From contig CBDANS010000005.1 in the NCBI GenBank assembly GCA_965197745.1, forward strand, positions 288,001 to 352,000: a DNA stretch of 64,000 nucleotides. The letters are read 5' to 3'. The position numbers and the translations under genes were made by a program. Shown in pieces: positions 42,597-52,807 of this stretch (within the stretch, counting starts at the first letter, position 1; every line of letters begins with the position of its first letter). Under the pieces are notes generated by a model. That model saw nothing but the letters and a program-made list of their open reading frames with translations, did no database searches and had not been told where the DNA came from. Origin of the DNA: Opitutales bacterium. Its GTDB lineage: Bacteria; Verrucomicrobiota; Verrucomicrobiia; Opitutales; PNEW01.

Positions 42597-43649
42597 TTAT
42601 TTCTTTTCGAATTCTTTATCTAAGATGTAGATATACATTACGGCCATAACATCCTGATCGACAGGAGTCGTGTTATTATAAACGCTGACTAGTTCATACT
42701 CATGATTCTTGTAAAGCATAATTCCTTCTTTACTGGACAAAAAGTCCACATAATCAATGCCTATTTTATCAATAAACCCGGAAACGATACTTTTAAATAC
42801 TGTTTTATCTGCAGTGAGATCACGTAGTTCCAGCGATTCGGCAAAAGGATGAAGATGAACCGCGGCATAATGCATAGTCGTGTCGAAGGGAAGATTCATC
42901 CAGTTTGTTACTAAGGTCTTATTTATTTGCTGCCCCGGTTTTAAGACCCAGTGACCGGTGAATTCGCGTCCATATTTATCCGTTCTCACATTGCCGGACG
43001 CGCTTTCACCAATGAGGCACCCCTCGCCATGAACTGTTTTATTCGGCATTTCAACATTGTAATATCCATTTTCACCGTTAAGGAGAACCAGTCCATTTGC
43101 CGATTTCATAAATAGTGCGGTCATTGCACCTTCGACTTCGCGGTCATAGATGTAATTTATGACTACTTTGTGACGGACCTGATATTGCCGATCTTCAATA
43201 TTGAGGTTGAGCACCTGGGTGGTGAGAGAAAAAATCTCGTTGGAATAAATGGGAATTCCAAATCCCCCCGGAAACTTTATTTCGAATTGACCTTGTGAAA
43301 GAGTGAAAAAACGGTTGGCCGCGTTTTTCTGCCAATGGAACAGTTTTCTATGGTTCCGAATATCTAAATTCAGGTTGCTGTGACACATGAATTCCTGGGG
43401 CATGGGTGTTAACCCATCCATTCCAACTATACTGGCGCGATACCCGGTGATCCAAAGTAATTCGGGAGGATCACTTTCGAGAATAGAGAATTCAGCGGTG
43501 CTTTGCGGCCCCATCATTGATCTGTAAATGCGATCAACGGTGTAAACAGGAGATAAAAATTCAAAGGTTCGCGGTGTTACCGACGAAAGCAGATAGGGTG
43601 GCAAAAAGAAAAAAACGAGAACCTGTAACAAATACCTGAATTTCAACAT
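42597..43649 (-). CDS. Secreted hypothetical protein with copper type II monooxygenase-like C-terminal motifs
   Basis: Signal peptide, FMCHSN, VHLHPFA, YNNTT..QDVMAVMY. Confidence 0.5.
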   Translation of the reverse strand: MLKFRYLLQVLVFFFLPPYLLSSVTPRTFEFLSPVYTVDRIYRSMMGPQSTAEFSILESDPPELLWITGYRASIVGMDGLTPMPQEFMCHSNLNLDIRNHRKLFHWQKNAANRFFTLSQGQFEIKFPGGFGIPIYSNEIFSLTTQVLNLNIEDRQYQVRHKVVINYIYDREVEGAMTALFMKSANGLVLLNGENGYYNVEMPNKTVHGEGCLIGESASGNVRTDKYGREFTGHWVLKPGQQINKTLVTNWMNLPFDTTMHYAAVHLHPFAESLELRDLTADKTVFKSIVSGFIDKIGIDYVDFLSSKEGIMLYKNHEYELVSVYNNTTPVDQDVMAVMYIYILDKEFEKK

Positions 43650-43713
43650 GGCTATAGTGGGAATCGAGAAAACCTTCCTCGATTACAGCTATCTTTTATA
43701 TCTGATTTTTTAA

Positions 43714-43789
<76 letters not shown>

Positions 43790-43890
43790 GGGATTTGCAA
43801 TTCTAAGCTAAAGAGTCTGAAAGGGAGTAATTCCAGAGATCTTCTTCAGGTGATTAAATAATAAAACTAATTTATTTTATGCAATACCAT

Positions 43891-46257
43891 TTACTCATAT
43901 AATACTTTACGCAAGGGCTCGAGTTGCGCCTCATATTTTTTCCAAAGTTGAACTGAGTCGCTTTTAATGGGTTGACGGACCTGGAAGGCACTTGCGGTTG
44001 TTACTCTTCTTTTCGTTTTGTAAAATGAGATACAGGATTCTTCCCAGGGCAGCTGGCAATAGGATAGAAGCTTTCTCGTTTGTTCTTCCTGATCGGATAC
44101 CAGACCCTCATAACTGAAATCATATATGAAACCGGGAATGTTCTTTCGCCAGTGATCCATCAAATCCGAATAGAGGTTGTAATACTGTCCAAGCTCGTTC
44201 ATTTCATATGCAAAAAAATGTTTTTCCGCGAAAATTGTTTTAAAAATTGAATAGCAATTATCCATGGGATTCCTCATACAATGAATAACTTTGGCACCCG
44301 GTAATATTTTTTTGATGAACCCTATCAGCTGAAAATTATAAGGCATTTTATCCGTAATGTACCTTTTATTTTCAGTGTGTTCTCTTAAACTCTCTATATA
44401 GCTGGATCCTAACGCAAAAAGCGCTTCTTCCTCAAGATCTGATACTGATTCAGGATATTTCCCCCCTGTCCGCTTAGAACGAATAGAATTTGCCAGGGAA
44501 AATAAATCTTTCCGTTCACCAGCTCCAAATACCTGTGAATGACTGGCCAGGATCTGCTCAACCAGAGTCGTCCCCGATCTTGGCATCCCTAATATGAATA
44601 TAGGTGTTTCATCAGGATTTCCGGTATGAGATTGACTTGATAAGAAACCGGGAGAGAAAACTGTCTTTATCTTATTAAAGAACTCTATTTCTTTTTTGAT
44701 TGAGTATTGATAGGTCGCTCTCTTTAACCTGTTCCCCTCTAATATAAGATCAAATGATTTGTGGTGTTCGTTTAAATCTTCAAAAGCCTTTCCCAACCCA
44801 TAGGCTAAAAGCATTTTCTGTTCAGGTGATATATCATCTTGAGCGTAGAAATTCTCCATGACTCGGATGGGGTCATCATATTTTTGATGTTTTTTTGCTC
44901 TGGATAAATTAAGATGAGCTTCCGCAAAGTCCGGTTTGAAGGATAAGGACATTTTATAACTGTCAATGGCCTCATTTACTCGACCTTGGTCTCTATATAC
45001 ATTACCAAGATTGTTGTGCACTAGAGCAAAGTCTGGCTTGATAGAGATCGCTTTTTGGCAACTGGCAATGGCTTCATCTAAACGCCCCAGGTCTTTGAAG
45101 GTAATGCCCAGGTTGTTGTGAGCTTCCGCAAAGTCCGTTTTGAAGGATAAGGACATGTTAAAACTGTCAATAGCTTCATTTGCTCGACCCATATCTCTAT
45201 ATATAATACCTAGAATGTTGTGCGCTAGAGCAAAGTCTGGTTTGATCGAGATCGCTTTTCGGCAACTGGCAATGGCTTCATCTAAACGCCCCAGGTCTTT
45301 GAAGGTAATGCTCAGGTTGTTGTGAGCTTCCGCAAAGTCCGGTTTGAAGGATAGGGACATTTTATAACTGTCAATGGCCTCATTTGCTCGACCCATATCT
45401 CTATATACATTACCAAGATTATTGTGCGCTAGATCAAAGTCTGGCATGATCGAGATCGCTTTTTTATAACAGGAAATGGCCTCATCCAGTTGGCCTAGCT
45501 CAATATACGCATTGCCAAGGTTGCAGTGAGCATCAGCAAATTCCGGATTAATAGAGATCGCTCTTTTATAGCTTGCAGTTGCTTCGTCTAAACTATCCAA
45601 GTCTTTAAGGGCAATGCCCAAGTTGTTGTGCGCATCTGCAAAGCGCGGATTGATGGAGATCGCTTTTTTGTAACTGGCAATTGCTTCATCTATTCGATCC
45701 AGAACTTTAAAGACGATGCCCAGGTTATTGTGAGCTTCTGCAAAGTGCGGATTGATGGAAATGGCTTTTCGGCAACTGGCAACTGCCTCATCAAATTGAC
45801 CCAGGTCTCTGAGCACATTTCCAAGGTTGCTGTGAGCTTGCGTAAAATTCGGATTGATGGAAATGGCTTTATGGTAATTGGTAATTGTCTCATCAAGTTG
45901 ACCCAGGTCTCTGTGCACATTGCCAAGGTTGCAGTGGGCTTCTGCAAAATCCGGATTGATGGAGATCGCTTTTTTGTAACTGGCAATTGCTTCCTCTAAC
46001 CGATCCAGACCTTTGAGAGCTACACCGAGGTTGCTGTAACTTACTGGACTGTTGGGGATAATCTGAATTGCCTTTTTAATAAACTGAATGGCAATATCAT
46101 TTTTCCCTAACTGAAGTGCAACTACACCAAGAAAATAACAAGCATCTGCGTTATTTGGGTCAGTGTTAAGGATTTGACGATAAATCTGTTCAGCCTGTTG
46201 CAGTCGCCCGGCTTGGTGATGCTGTTGTGCTAACTGAAACTGATTATTTGTCTGCAA
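43891..46257 (-). CDS. TPR-repeat + sulfotransferase domain protein (paralogue 1, longest TPR array)
   Basis: Many 34-aa TPRs (AEAHNNLG..), 5'-PSB GMPRSGTTLVEQIL, TDKMP, RNPMDNCYS, TASAFQVRQP. TTG start. Confidence 0.9.
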   Translation of the reverse strand: MQTNNQFQLAQQHHQAGRLQQAEQIYRQILNTDPNNADACYFLGVVALQLGKNDIAIQFIKKAIQIIPNSPVSYSNLGVALKGLDRLEEAIASYKKAISINPDFAEAHCNLGNVHRDLGQLDETITNYHKAISINPNFTQAHSNLGNVLRDLGQFDEAVASCRKAISINPHFAEAHNNLGIVFKVLDRIDEAIASYKKAISINPRFADAHNNLGIALKDLDSLDEATASYKRAISINPEFADAHCNLGNAYIELGQLDEAISCYKKAISIMPDFDLAHNNLGNVYRDMGRANEAIDSYKMSLSFKPDFAEAHNNLSITFKDLGRLDEAIASCRKAISIKPDFALAHNILGIIYRDMGRANEAIDSFNMSLSFKTDFAEAHNNLGITFKDLGRLDEAIASCQKAISIKPDFALVHNNLGNVYRDQGRVNEAIDSYKMSLSFKPDFAEAHLNLSRAKKHQKYDDPIRVMENFYAQDDISPEQKMLLAYGLGKAFEDLNEHHKSFDLILEGNRLKRATYQYSIKKEIEFFNKIKTVFSPGFLSSQSHTGNPDETPIFILGMPRSGTTLVEQILASHSQVFGAGERKDLFSLANSIRSKRTGGKYPESVSDLEEEALFALGSSYIESLREHTENKRYITDKMPYNFQLIGFIKKILPGAKVIHCMRNPMDNCYSIFKTIFAEKHFFAYEMNELGQYYNLYSDLMDHWRKNIPGFIYDFSYEGLVSDQEEQTRKLLSYCQLPWEESCISFYKTKRRVTTASAFQVRQPIKSDSVQLWKKYEAQLEPLRKVLYE
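44916..45487 (-). repeat. Near-identical 204-bp tandem repeat (two TPRs per unit, ~2.8 copies)
   Basis: GAGCTTCCGCAAAGTCCG recurs at 44916, 45120 and 45324; protein unit MGRANEAIDS..SLSFK.DFAEAHNNL.ITFKDLGRLDEAIASC.KAISIKPDFAL. Confidence 0.85.
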
Positions 46258-46439
46258 AATTGGCTTAGAATTGTGGCGTAAATTTTAAGTTAGATTGATG
46301 TTTACAATATTAAAATATCAATAGGTTTTTATCATTTATAAAAACCCCTTATCGTTGAAAATATCTCTTTAGAGCGATTTATCGAAAATTTATCTTACCT
46401 TTGGAAAATAGTATGAAGTCCAATTATATTGGTGCATTT

Positions 46440-48224
46440 TCACTCATACAATGCCTTTCGCAAGGGTTCGAGTTGGTTCTCATATTTTTTCCAGAGTTGA
46501 ACTGAATCCTTATACATAGGTCGACGGACCTGGACGGCACTAGCCGTATCTACTTTCCTTTTCGTTTTATGGAAATCCAGGCAGGATTCTTCCCAGGGTA
46601 AACCGCAATAGGTAAGGAGCTTTTTTGTTTGTTCATCCTGGTCGGAAACTAATTCCTCGTAGCTAAAATCATATATGAAATCAGGAATAATATTTCTCCA
46701 GTGATCCATCAAATCCAGATAGAGTTTATAATACTGCCCGAGTTCCTTCAATTCATATGTATATTTATGTTCTCCAGTAAAATTATGTTTAAAAATTGAA
46801 TAGCAATTGTCCATGGGATCCCGCATGCAATGAATAACTTTTGCCTTAGGTAAAATTGTTTTGATGAGGCCAATCATTTTGTAATTATAGGGTGCTTTGT
46901 CTGTAATGTGCTTTGAGACCGAAGCCTCAGAGTGTTTTCGTATTCTCTCAATATAGCTTGATCCTAAAGCTAAAAACTCATCATCATCCAGTTCTGACAG
47001 GTATTCGGGAAATTTCTTTCCCGTTCTCTTAGAACAGAAAATATTTGTCATATAAGATAAATCACATAGTTCACCTGCGCCGAATACCTGGGAGTGACTG
47101 GAGAGGATCTGCTCCACGAGTGTCGTCCCTGATCTTGGCATCCCCAAAATAAACAGGGGTGTTTCGTCAGGATTTCCGGTATGTGAGTGGCTCGGGAAAA
47201 AATCGGGTGAGAACACCTCCTTTATTTTTTCAAATGACTCTTTATGTCCTTCAATCGAATATTGAAAAGACATTCGCTTCAACCTGTTACCCTCTAAAAG
47301 ATAATTAGACGATTTGTTGTAATCGTTCAAATCCTCAAAAGCCTTACCCAATCCAAATGCGATGTAGATCTTATGTTTGGATGATATGTCGCTACGAGCG
47401 TACAATTTTTCCATTGCTCGAATGGCATTATTATATTCATGGTGTTTTCTTGCAGTGGATAAATGAAAATGTGCTTGAGCGAAGTCTGGTTGTATGGAAA
47501 TGGCTTTTTCGTAACTGGCAACGGCCTCATCCAGACGACCTAGAGATCTGAATACATTGCCCAGGTTGCTGTGTGCGTGTGCGTAGTCGGATTTGAGGGA
47601 AATAGCTTTTTGCAAACTGGCAATAGCTTTATCAAGCCGACGCTTTTTACTGAGCGCAATGCCAAGGTTGCAGTGAGCTTCAGCAAAGGCTGGTTTGAGG
47701 GAAACAGCTTGTTCATAACTGGCAATGGCCTCATCATGTTGGTCCGACTCATTGAGAGCGAGGCCGAGGTTGCAGTGTGCTTTAGCGAAATTCGGATTGC
47801 AGGAAATAGCTTTACGATAATGGGTAATGGCCTCAATCAGCTGACCCATATTTCTGAGTATATTGCCAAGATTATTATGTGTTTCTGCATTATCCGGATT
47901 AAGGGAAATGGCTTTTTGGAAACTGGCTACAGCCTCATCAAATCGACTTAAATCGCGAAGCGCATTGCCTAGATTACAATACATTTCTGGAATATTCGGA
48001 TTGGCTGCTATGGCTTTTTCGATATACTGTATAGCAGTGTCATTTTTCCCAACCTGATGCGCAATTATACCAAGGTAATGGTTAGCCGCAGCATTATCAG
48101 AGTCAGCGGAAAGTATTTGACGGTAAATTCGCTCGGCCTGTTGGAGGTGTCCGGCTTTATGATGCTGAAGTGCTAACTGAATGGGAGTTACAGTCTGCAC
48201 CGTGGACTTTCGATCAGGTGGCAT
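46440..48224 (-). CDS. TPR-repeat + sulfotransferase domain protein (paralogue 2)
   Basis: QLALQHHKAG, TPRs, GMPRSGTTLVEQIL, TDKAP, RDPMDNCYS. Confidence 0.9.
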   Translation of the reverse strand: MPPDRKSTVQTVTPIQLALQHHKAGHLQQAERIYRQILSADSDNAAANHYLGIIAHQVGKNDTAIQYIEKAIAANPNIPEMYCNLGNALRDLSRFDEAVASFQKAISLNPDNAETHNNLGNILRNMGQLIEAITHYRKAISCNPNFAKAHCNLGLALNESDQHDEAIASYEQAVSLKPAFAEAHCNLGIALSKKRRLDKAIASLQKAISLKSDYAHAHSNLGNVFRSLGRLDEAVASYEKAISIQPDFAQAHFHLSTARKHHEYNNAIRAMEKLYARSDISSKHKIYIAFGLGKAFEDLNDYNKSSNYLLEGNRLKRMSFQYSIEGHKESFEKIKEVFSPDFFPSHSHTGNPDETPLFILGMPRSGTTLVEQILSSHSQVFGAGELCDLSYMTNIFCSKRTGKKFPEYLSELDDDEFLALGSSYIERIRKHSEASVSKHITDKAPYNYKMIGLIKTILPKAKVIHCMRDPMDNCYSIFKHNFTGEHKYTYELKELGQYYKLYLDLMDHWRNIIPDFIYDFSYEELVSDQDEQTKKLLTYCGLPWEESCLDFHKTKRKVDTASAVQVRRPMYKDSVQLWKKYENQLEPLRKALYE

Positions 48225-48266
48225 CTTTGTTCTGAGTTAATTTAAAATATAACTAAGGCAATTTAT

Positions 48267-49817
48267 TTACTCGAATAAAATTCTTCGCAATGGTTCGAGG
48301 TGTGTCTCATATTTTTTCCAGAGTTGTATTGAATCGCTATATATAGGACGACGGACATCGATAGTGCTTGCGGTTGCGATTACCCTTTTCGTTTTGTGAA
48401 AGGAGAGACAGTTTTTATCCCAAGGCAACTTGCAATAAGCAAGAAGCTTTCTTGTTTGTTCCTCCTGCTCGGATACTAATGCCTCATACCGGACATTATA
48501 GATGAAACCGGGAATGGTCTTTTGCCAGTGATTCATCAAATCCAGATAAAGCTTATAATACTGACCAATCTCAGTCATGTCATAAGCATATTTATGCGTT
48601 CCCGAGAAATAATTTTTAAATATAGATAAGCAATTGTCCATTGGATCTCTCATGCAATGAACAACTTTAGCCCCAGGTAAGATCATTCTGATGAATCCAA
48701 TCATTTTAAAATTATTGGGCATTTTGTCCGTTACGTAATTTGCGCTGGCAGAGTAATTCCTTATTTTTTCAAGATAATCTGAACCTAACTTAATAAGTTC
48801 ATTTTCGTTAAGATCTGATACGCATTCTGGAAAATCTTGCTCCGCGCTCTCAGAACTGAGCGCGCGGGTGATATAAGATAAATCATTCAATTCACCTGCG
48901 CCATAAACCTCTGAATGACTGGCTAGGATCTGCTCTACGAGCGTTGTCCCTGATCTTGGTAGCCCTAAGATGAAAATGGGTGTTTCGTCTGGATTCCCCT
49001 TATTAGAATGATCAGCAAGAAAGGCTGAAGAGAACACCTTTTTTAACTGAGCAAAGGAATCTCTATCTTCGTCAATTGAGTATTGAAATGATGCGCGCTT
49101 TAATCGGTTCCCCTCTAAAATAAAACTAAAGGATTTATCGTAATCTTTCAAATCTTCATAGGCTTTTCCCAGGCCAAAGGCTAAATGCATTTTTTGCTCA
49201 GTTGTATTGTCAGTCCGAGCGTAAACGGTCTCCATCGCTCGGATAGTATCGTCATACTCATCGTGTCTTATGGCGAAAGATAAATACCGATGAGCTTTTG
49301 CATAATCCGGTTTAAAGGAGATGGCCCTGTGATAACTGGCAATGGCCTCATTCAATTGGCCTGATTCTTTGTATAAAAGTCCCAGATTACAGTGCGCTTC
49401 CGCAAAGTCTGGTTTGAGAGAAATAGCTTTTTTGTAACTGGCAATGGCTTCATCGATGCAAGCCATTTCCCAAAGGGTAGCACCAAGATTAATGCGCATT
49501 TCAGCGGAGTCAGGTCTGAGCGAAATAGCTTTTTTATAGCTGGCAACAGCATCATCAAACAGGCGCAGGCGTTTATAGGCATTACCCAGGTTGCTGTAAA
49601 GTGGAGGGATATTGGGATTGGATTGAATAGCTCTATTAAAATACTGAACAGCGCTTTTATTTTTCCCATACTGAAATTCCAGGATGCCAAGGTAATGGTT
49701 GGCTTCTGCATTATCGGGATCAGTGGAAATAATCTGGCGATAGAGGTGCTCAGCCTGCTGCAGACGCCCAGCCTAGTGATGCTGGAGAGCTAACTGGATA
49801 TTCGTTTTAGGCTCCAT
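48267..49817 (-). pseudogene. TPR-repeat + sulfotransferase domain protein (paralogue 3) with in-frame TAG at 49773-49775
   Basis: From ATG 49817: MEPKTNIQLALQHH*AGRLQQAEHLYRQI, in frame with ORF 48267-49499. Paralogues have Q or K at the stop. GLPRSGTTL and RDPMDNCLS intact. Confidence 0.82.
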
Positions 49818-49948
49818 TGCTTATTGAGGACCGGTCATAGTATCAGGTTTTCGTGGTGCCAGCTTAGAATATCATCTAAATAGAGCTTTATCTATTAAAT
49901 TCTGCTTACAAATCTAGTATTTTCTTTGATGGCGTTGATAATATCATT

Positions 49949-49980
49949 AAAAAACCGCCCCATAATTGGGGCGGTTTTTT
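49949..49980. terminator. Intrinsic terminator downstream of the pilin gene (bidirectional form)
   Basis: AAAAAACCGCCCCA-TAAT-TGGGGCGGTTTTTT, a perfect inverted repeat. Confidence 0.85.
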
Positions 49981-50003
49981 GCTTATAAATAAATAGCTGC
50001 AAT

Positions 50004-50363
50004 CTATTGGTAGAAAGTAACTAAGGTGCCGTCGGATTTCGTAACGGTGAGTGAAGTAAAACCAGCAGAAATTGGAAAAATTAAAGTATAATTCTCTCCG
50101 GCTACCGCGGCCGGCATGGATTTAATAAAGAGATCAGATCCGATGAGATCGGCAGAAGCTGCTGATGTTAAACCTTCTTTGATGAAGTACTGATCAGCGG
50201 CAGAAGCTAGCTGGCGAAGGTTATTGATGATAGTCTTTGACTGCGATGATTCTCGAACTTTATTGAAGGCGGGTATGGCCATTGCGGCTAAGAGGCCAAT
50301 GATAACAACGACAATCATTATTTCTACAAGGGTAAACCCCTTGTTCACTGCATTATAATTCAT
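50004..50363 (-). CDS. Type IV pilin / prepilin-type N-methylation domain protein
   Basis: KG|FTLVEIMIVVVIIGLLAAMAIPAF class III signal with E5; short 119-aa protein with its own terminator. Confidence 0.9.
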   Translation of the reverse strand: MNYNAVNKGFTLVEIMIVVVIIGLLAAMAIPAFNKVRESSQSKTIINNLRQLASAADQYFIKEGLTSAASADLIGSDLFIKSMPAAVAGENYTLIFPISAGFTSLTVTKSDGTLVTFYQ

Positions 50364-50571
50364 TATATACTCCGTAGTTTATTATTATAAATATAAATAT
50401 TCAATTAGTAGATAGAACCGCGCATTCTATGAGGGGATTGAATTAATTGCGAACTAAATATCAGAATAAATAGTGATTAATAAAGGAATAGAGCAGGATT
50501 TCTATGCAGATCTAAAAAAATCTCCATCGTTGACTATGAAATTCGCCTCAAGTAAGAGCTGATAGCCAGTT

Positions 50572-51246
50572 ATGGATTTAGAGCGCAAAATTAAGGAAAT
50601 TGATTGGTTTCATCGGATTGATTTAGGTAATGGGGTAATTACTCCTGGGAAGGATGATTCGCTATTTAAATTATCAAGATTGGCCTTGCCCGATGATTTA
50701 AGCGGAAAATCAGTTCTTGATATAGGAGCCTGGGACGGATTTTTTTCTTTTGAGGCTGAGCGAAGAGGAGCAGGTCGGGTGTTGGCGGTCGACTCATACA
50801 GTTGGAGTGGCAAAGGATGGGGAAGCAAAGAAGGATTTAAGTTAGCGCGTAATATTCTGAAATCAAAAGTAGAAGATAGGGATCTAGCCGTTCATGATCT
50901 TTCTACAGATAATGTGGGGATATTTGATTTAGTTTTGTTTCTCGGTGTATTCTACCATTTACGCAATCCCTTTGAGGCTCTGGAGCATGTTGCGAGCGTG
51001 ACTAAAGATAGGCTGATCCTTGAGACCTATGTCGATAATCTTAATAATCGTCGACCCTCTATGGTCTTTTATCCAGATAACAATACAAATGCTGACCCCA
51101 CAAGCTGGTGGGGGCCAAATGTGAAATGCGTAGAAGCAATGTTAAAGTCAGTAGGTTTTAATAAAACAAAAGTAATTTCATTCAAGAAGCATCGGGGATT
51201 CCCCTCTCCCCATACGGGGCGAGTCGTGGTGCATGCCTGGAAATAA
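50572..51246 (+). CDS. Class I SAM-dependent methyltransferase (CmoB/DUF1698-like)
   Basis: WFHRIDLG, VLDIGAWDGFFSF, FDLVLFLGVFYHL, WWGPN. Confidence 0.82.
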   Translation: MDLERKIKEIDWFHRIDLGNGVITPGKDDSLFKLSRLALPDDLSGKSVLDIGAWDGFFSFEAERRGAGRVLAVDSYSWSGKGWGSKEGFKLARNILKSKVEDRDLAVHDLSTDNVGIFDLVLFLGVFYHLRNPFEALEHVASVTKDRLILETYVDNLNNRRPSMVFYPDNNTNADPTSWWGPNVKCVEAMLKSVGFNKTKVISFKKHRGFPSPHTGRVVVHAWK

Positions 51247-51329
51247 AACGAATGGGACTGCTCGGTATCGCGTAAATGGGCTAATGTCATTGACTTTAAA
51301 TCTGGGCGTGAGCGTAATATAATCAGGTT

Positions 51330-51809
51330 GTGATGAAACGAATAAAATTGAGCGAAGTTATTGAAGAAGAGCGAAAGTCACCTAATAAAAAATACCACTT
51401 ATTCAGGAAGCACATATCGGAGGCGTTAGGGTGTATCCTCAATAAAGGGACCTGGGGTGGGGGACATCCTTTTGAGGTGGAGTTAGTGCGTATGCCACCC
51501 CATGCTACGAATTTTCCATACCACGAGCATGCCATTCAATGGGAGCTTTATATCATTGTATCGGGGGGTGGTAGCATCAGGTCAGATAGCGGAGAAGAGT
51601 CACTGGAAGTAGGGGACAATATTATCTTCCCCCCGGGTGAGGCCCATCAAATAATCAACACCGGCGAAACAGATCTGGTTTATTATGTCATCGCAGATAA
51701 CCCTCAGGCTGACATTACCCATTATCCGGATACTGGCAAATGGGCGATCAAACCGACAATGAAGTATTTCAAGATGGATGAAACTGATTATTACGAGGAG
51801 GGAGATTAA
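51330..51809 (+). CDS. Cupin domain protein
   Basis: PYHEH..WELY..SG and FPPGEAHQIIN. Confidence 0.85.
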   Translation: MMKRIKLSEVIEEERKSPNKKYHLFRKHISEALGCILNKGTWGGGHPFEVELVRMPPHATNFPYHEHAIQWELYIIVSGGGSIRSDSGEESLEVGDNIIFPPGEAHQIINTGETDLVYYVIADNPQADITHYPDTGKWAIKPTMKYFKMDETDYYEEGD

Positions 51810-51815
51810 TTTGAA

Positions 51816-52739
51816 TTGATGAAACTGACAATCGCAACCTGCCAGTTTCCGGTTGATAGGGATATTTGTCGGAATGAGAAGTACGTAATTCGACAAATGC
51901 GCACGGCCAAGGAGCGAGGCGCGGATGTGGCTCATTTTTCAGAATTATGTCTATCAGGATATGCCGGTTCGGATTTTAGAAATTACGATGATTTTGATTG
52001 GGATCAACTTAAGTTAAGCACCCGAAAAATTATCAACTTTGCGGGAAAGTTAAAACTTTGGGTGATTCTCGGATCAACTCATCGATTGAATGGCAAACAC
52101 AAACCGCATAACAGTCTTTATATTATTAATGCCCATGGTAATGTCATCGACCGCTACGATAAAATGTTCTGCACTGGCGATAAATCAGAGAAAACAGGAG
52201 ATTTAGAACACTACAGTCCGGGAAGCCATTTTTGTGAATTTAGGATAAAAGAGTTGAAATGCGGGGTTCTCATTTGTCACGATTTCCGCTATCCTGAGCT
52301 CTATCGCGAGTATAAGCGAAGAGGTGTTTCCGTTATTTTTAATTCTCATCATAACGGACACGAGTCTCCTAAAGATTGGAAGCAATCACTGGCTTATATA
52401 GGCAGAAGGCATTATTGTGCTGATGGGAACATGAACCGATTGGGCATCATCGTTCCGTCAACAATGCAAACGCGCGCCGCAAGTAATTTTATGTGGATAA
52501 GTGTTAATAATACGTCGGCCAAAGAAAGCGACTGGGCCAGTTTTTTTGTCGAACCAGACGGTGTGATCACAGGTCGCTTGATTCGCAATCGCGCGGGTGT
52601 CCTGATCTCAACAGTTGATACTAAAGCAGCTATTTATGACGCTTCCGAAGATTGGAGAGACCGCCTGATGCTTCGCGGTGTTTGCCACAGTGGAACTTTG
52701 GTTAAAGACAGACGTTCAGCTATTCGGACAGTTTTATAA
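51816..52739 (+). CDS. Carbon-nitrogen hydrolase (nitrilase superfamily)
   Basis: Catalytic triad in FSELCLSGY (E), RYDKMF (K), LICHDFRYPE (C). Confidence 0.88.
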   Translation: MMKLTIATCQFPVDRDICRNEKYVIRQMRTAKERGADVAHFSELCLSGYAGSDFRNYDDFDWDQLKLSTRKIINFAGKLKLWVILGSTHRLNGKHKPHNSLYIINAHGNVIDRYDKMFCTGDKSEKTGDLEHYSPGSHFCEFRIKELKCGVLICHDFRYPELYREYKRRGVSVIFNSHHNGHESPKDWKQSLAYIGRRHYCADGNMNRLGIIVPSTMQTRAASNFMWISVNNTSAKESDWASFFVEPDGVITGRLIRNRAGVLISTVDTKAAIYDASEDWRDRLMLRGVCHSGTLVKDRRSAIRTVL

Positions 52740-52807
52740 CTATCACCAACACCTTCGCATTAAGCGCTTATAATCATCTTCTTAAAAATCTGAAATTACA
52801 ATTGATC

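Noticed and set aside
44900..46100. Regularly spaced repeats as a CRISPR array
   Set aside because: The period is 102/204 nt, in frame within a TPR-coding ORF, with no unique spacers and no cas genes.
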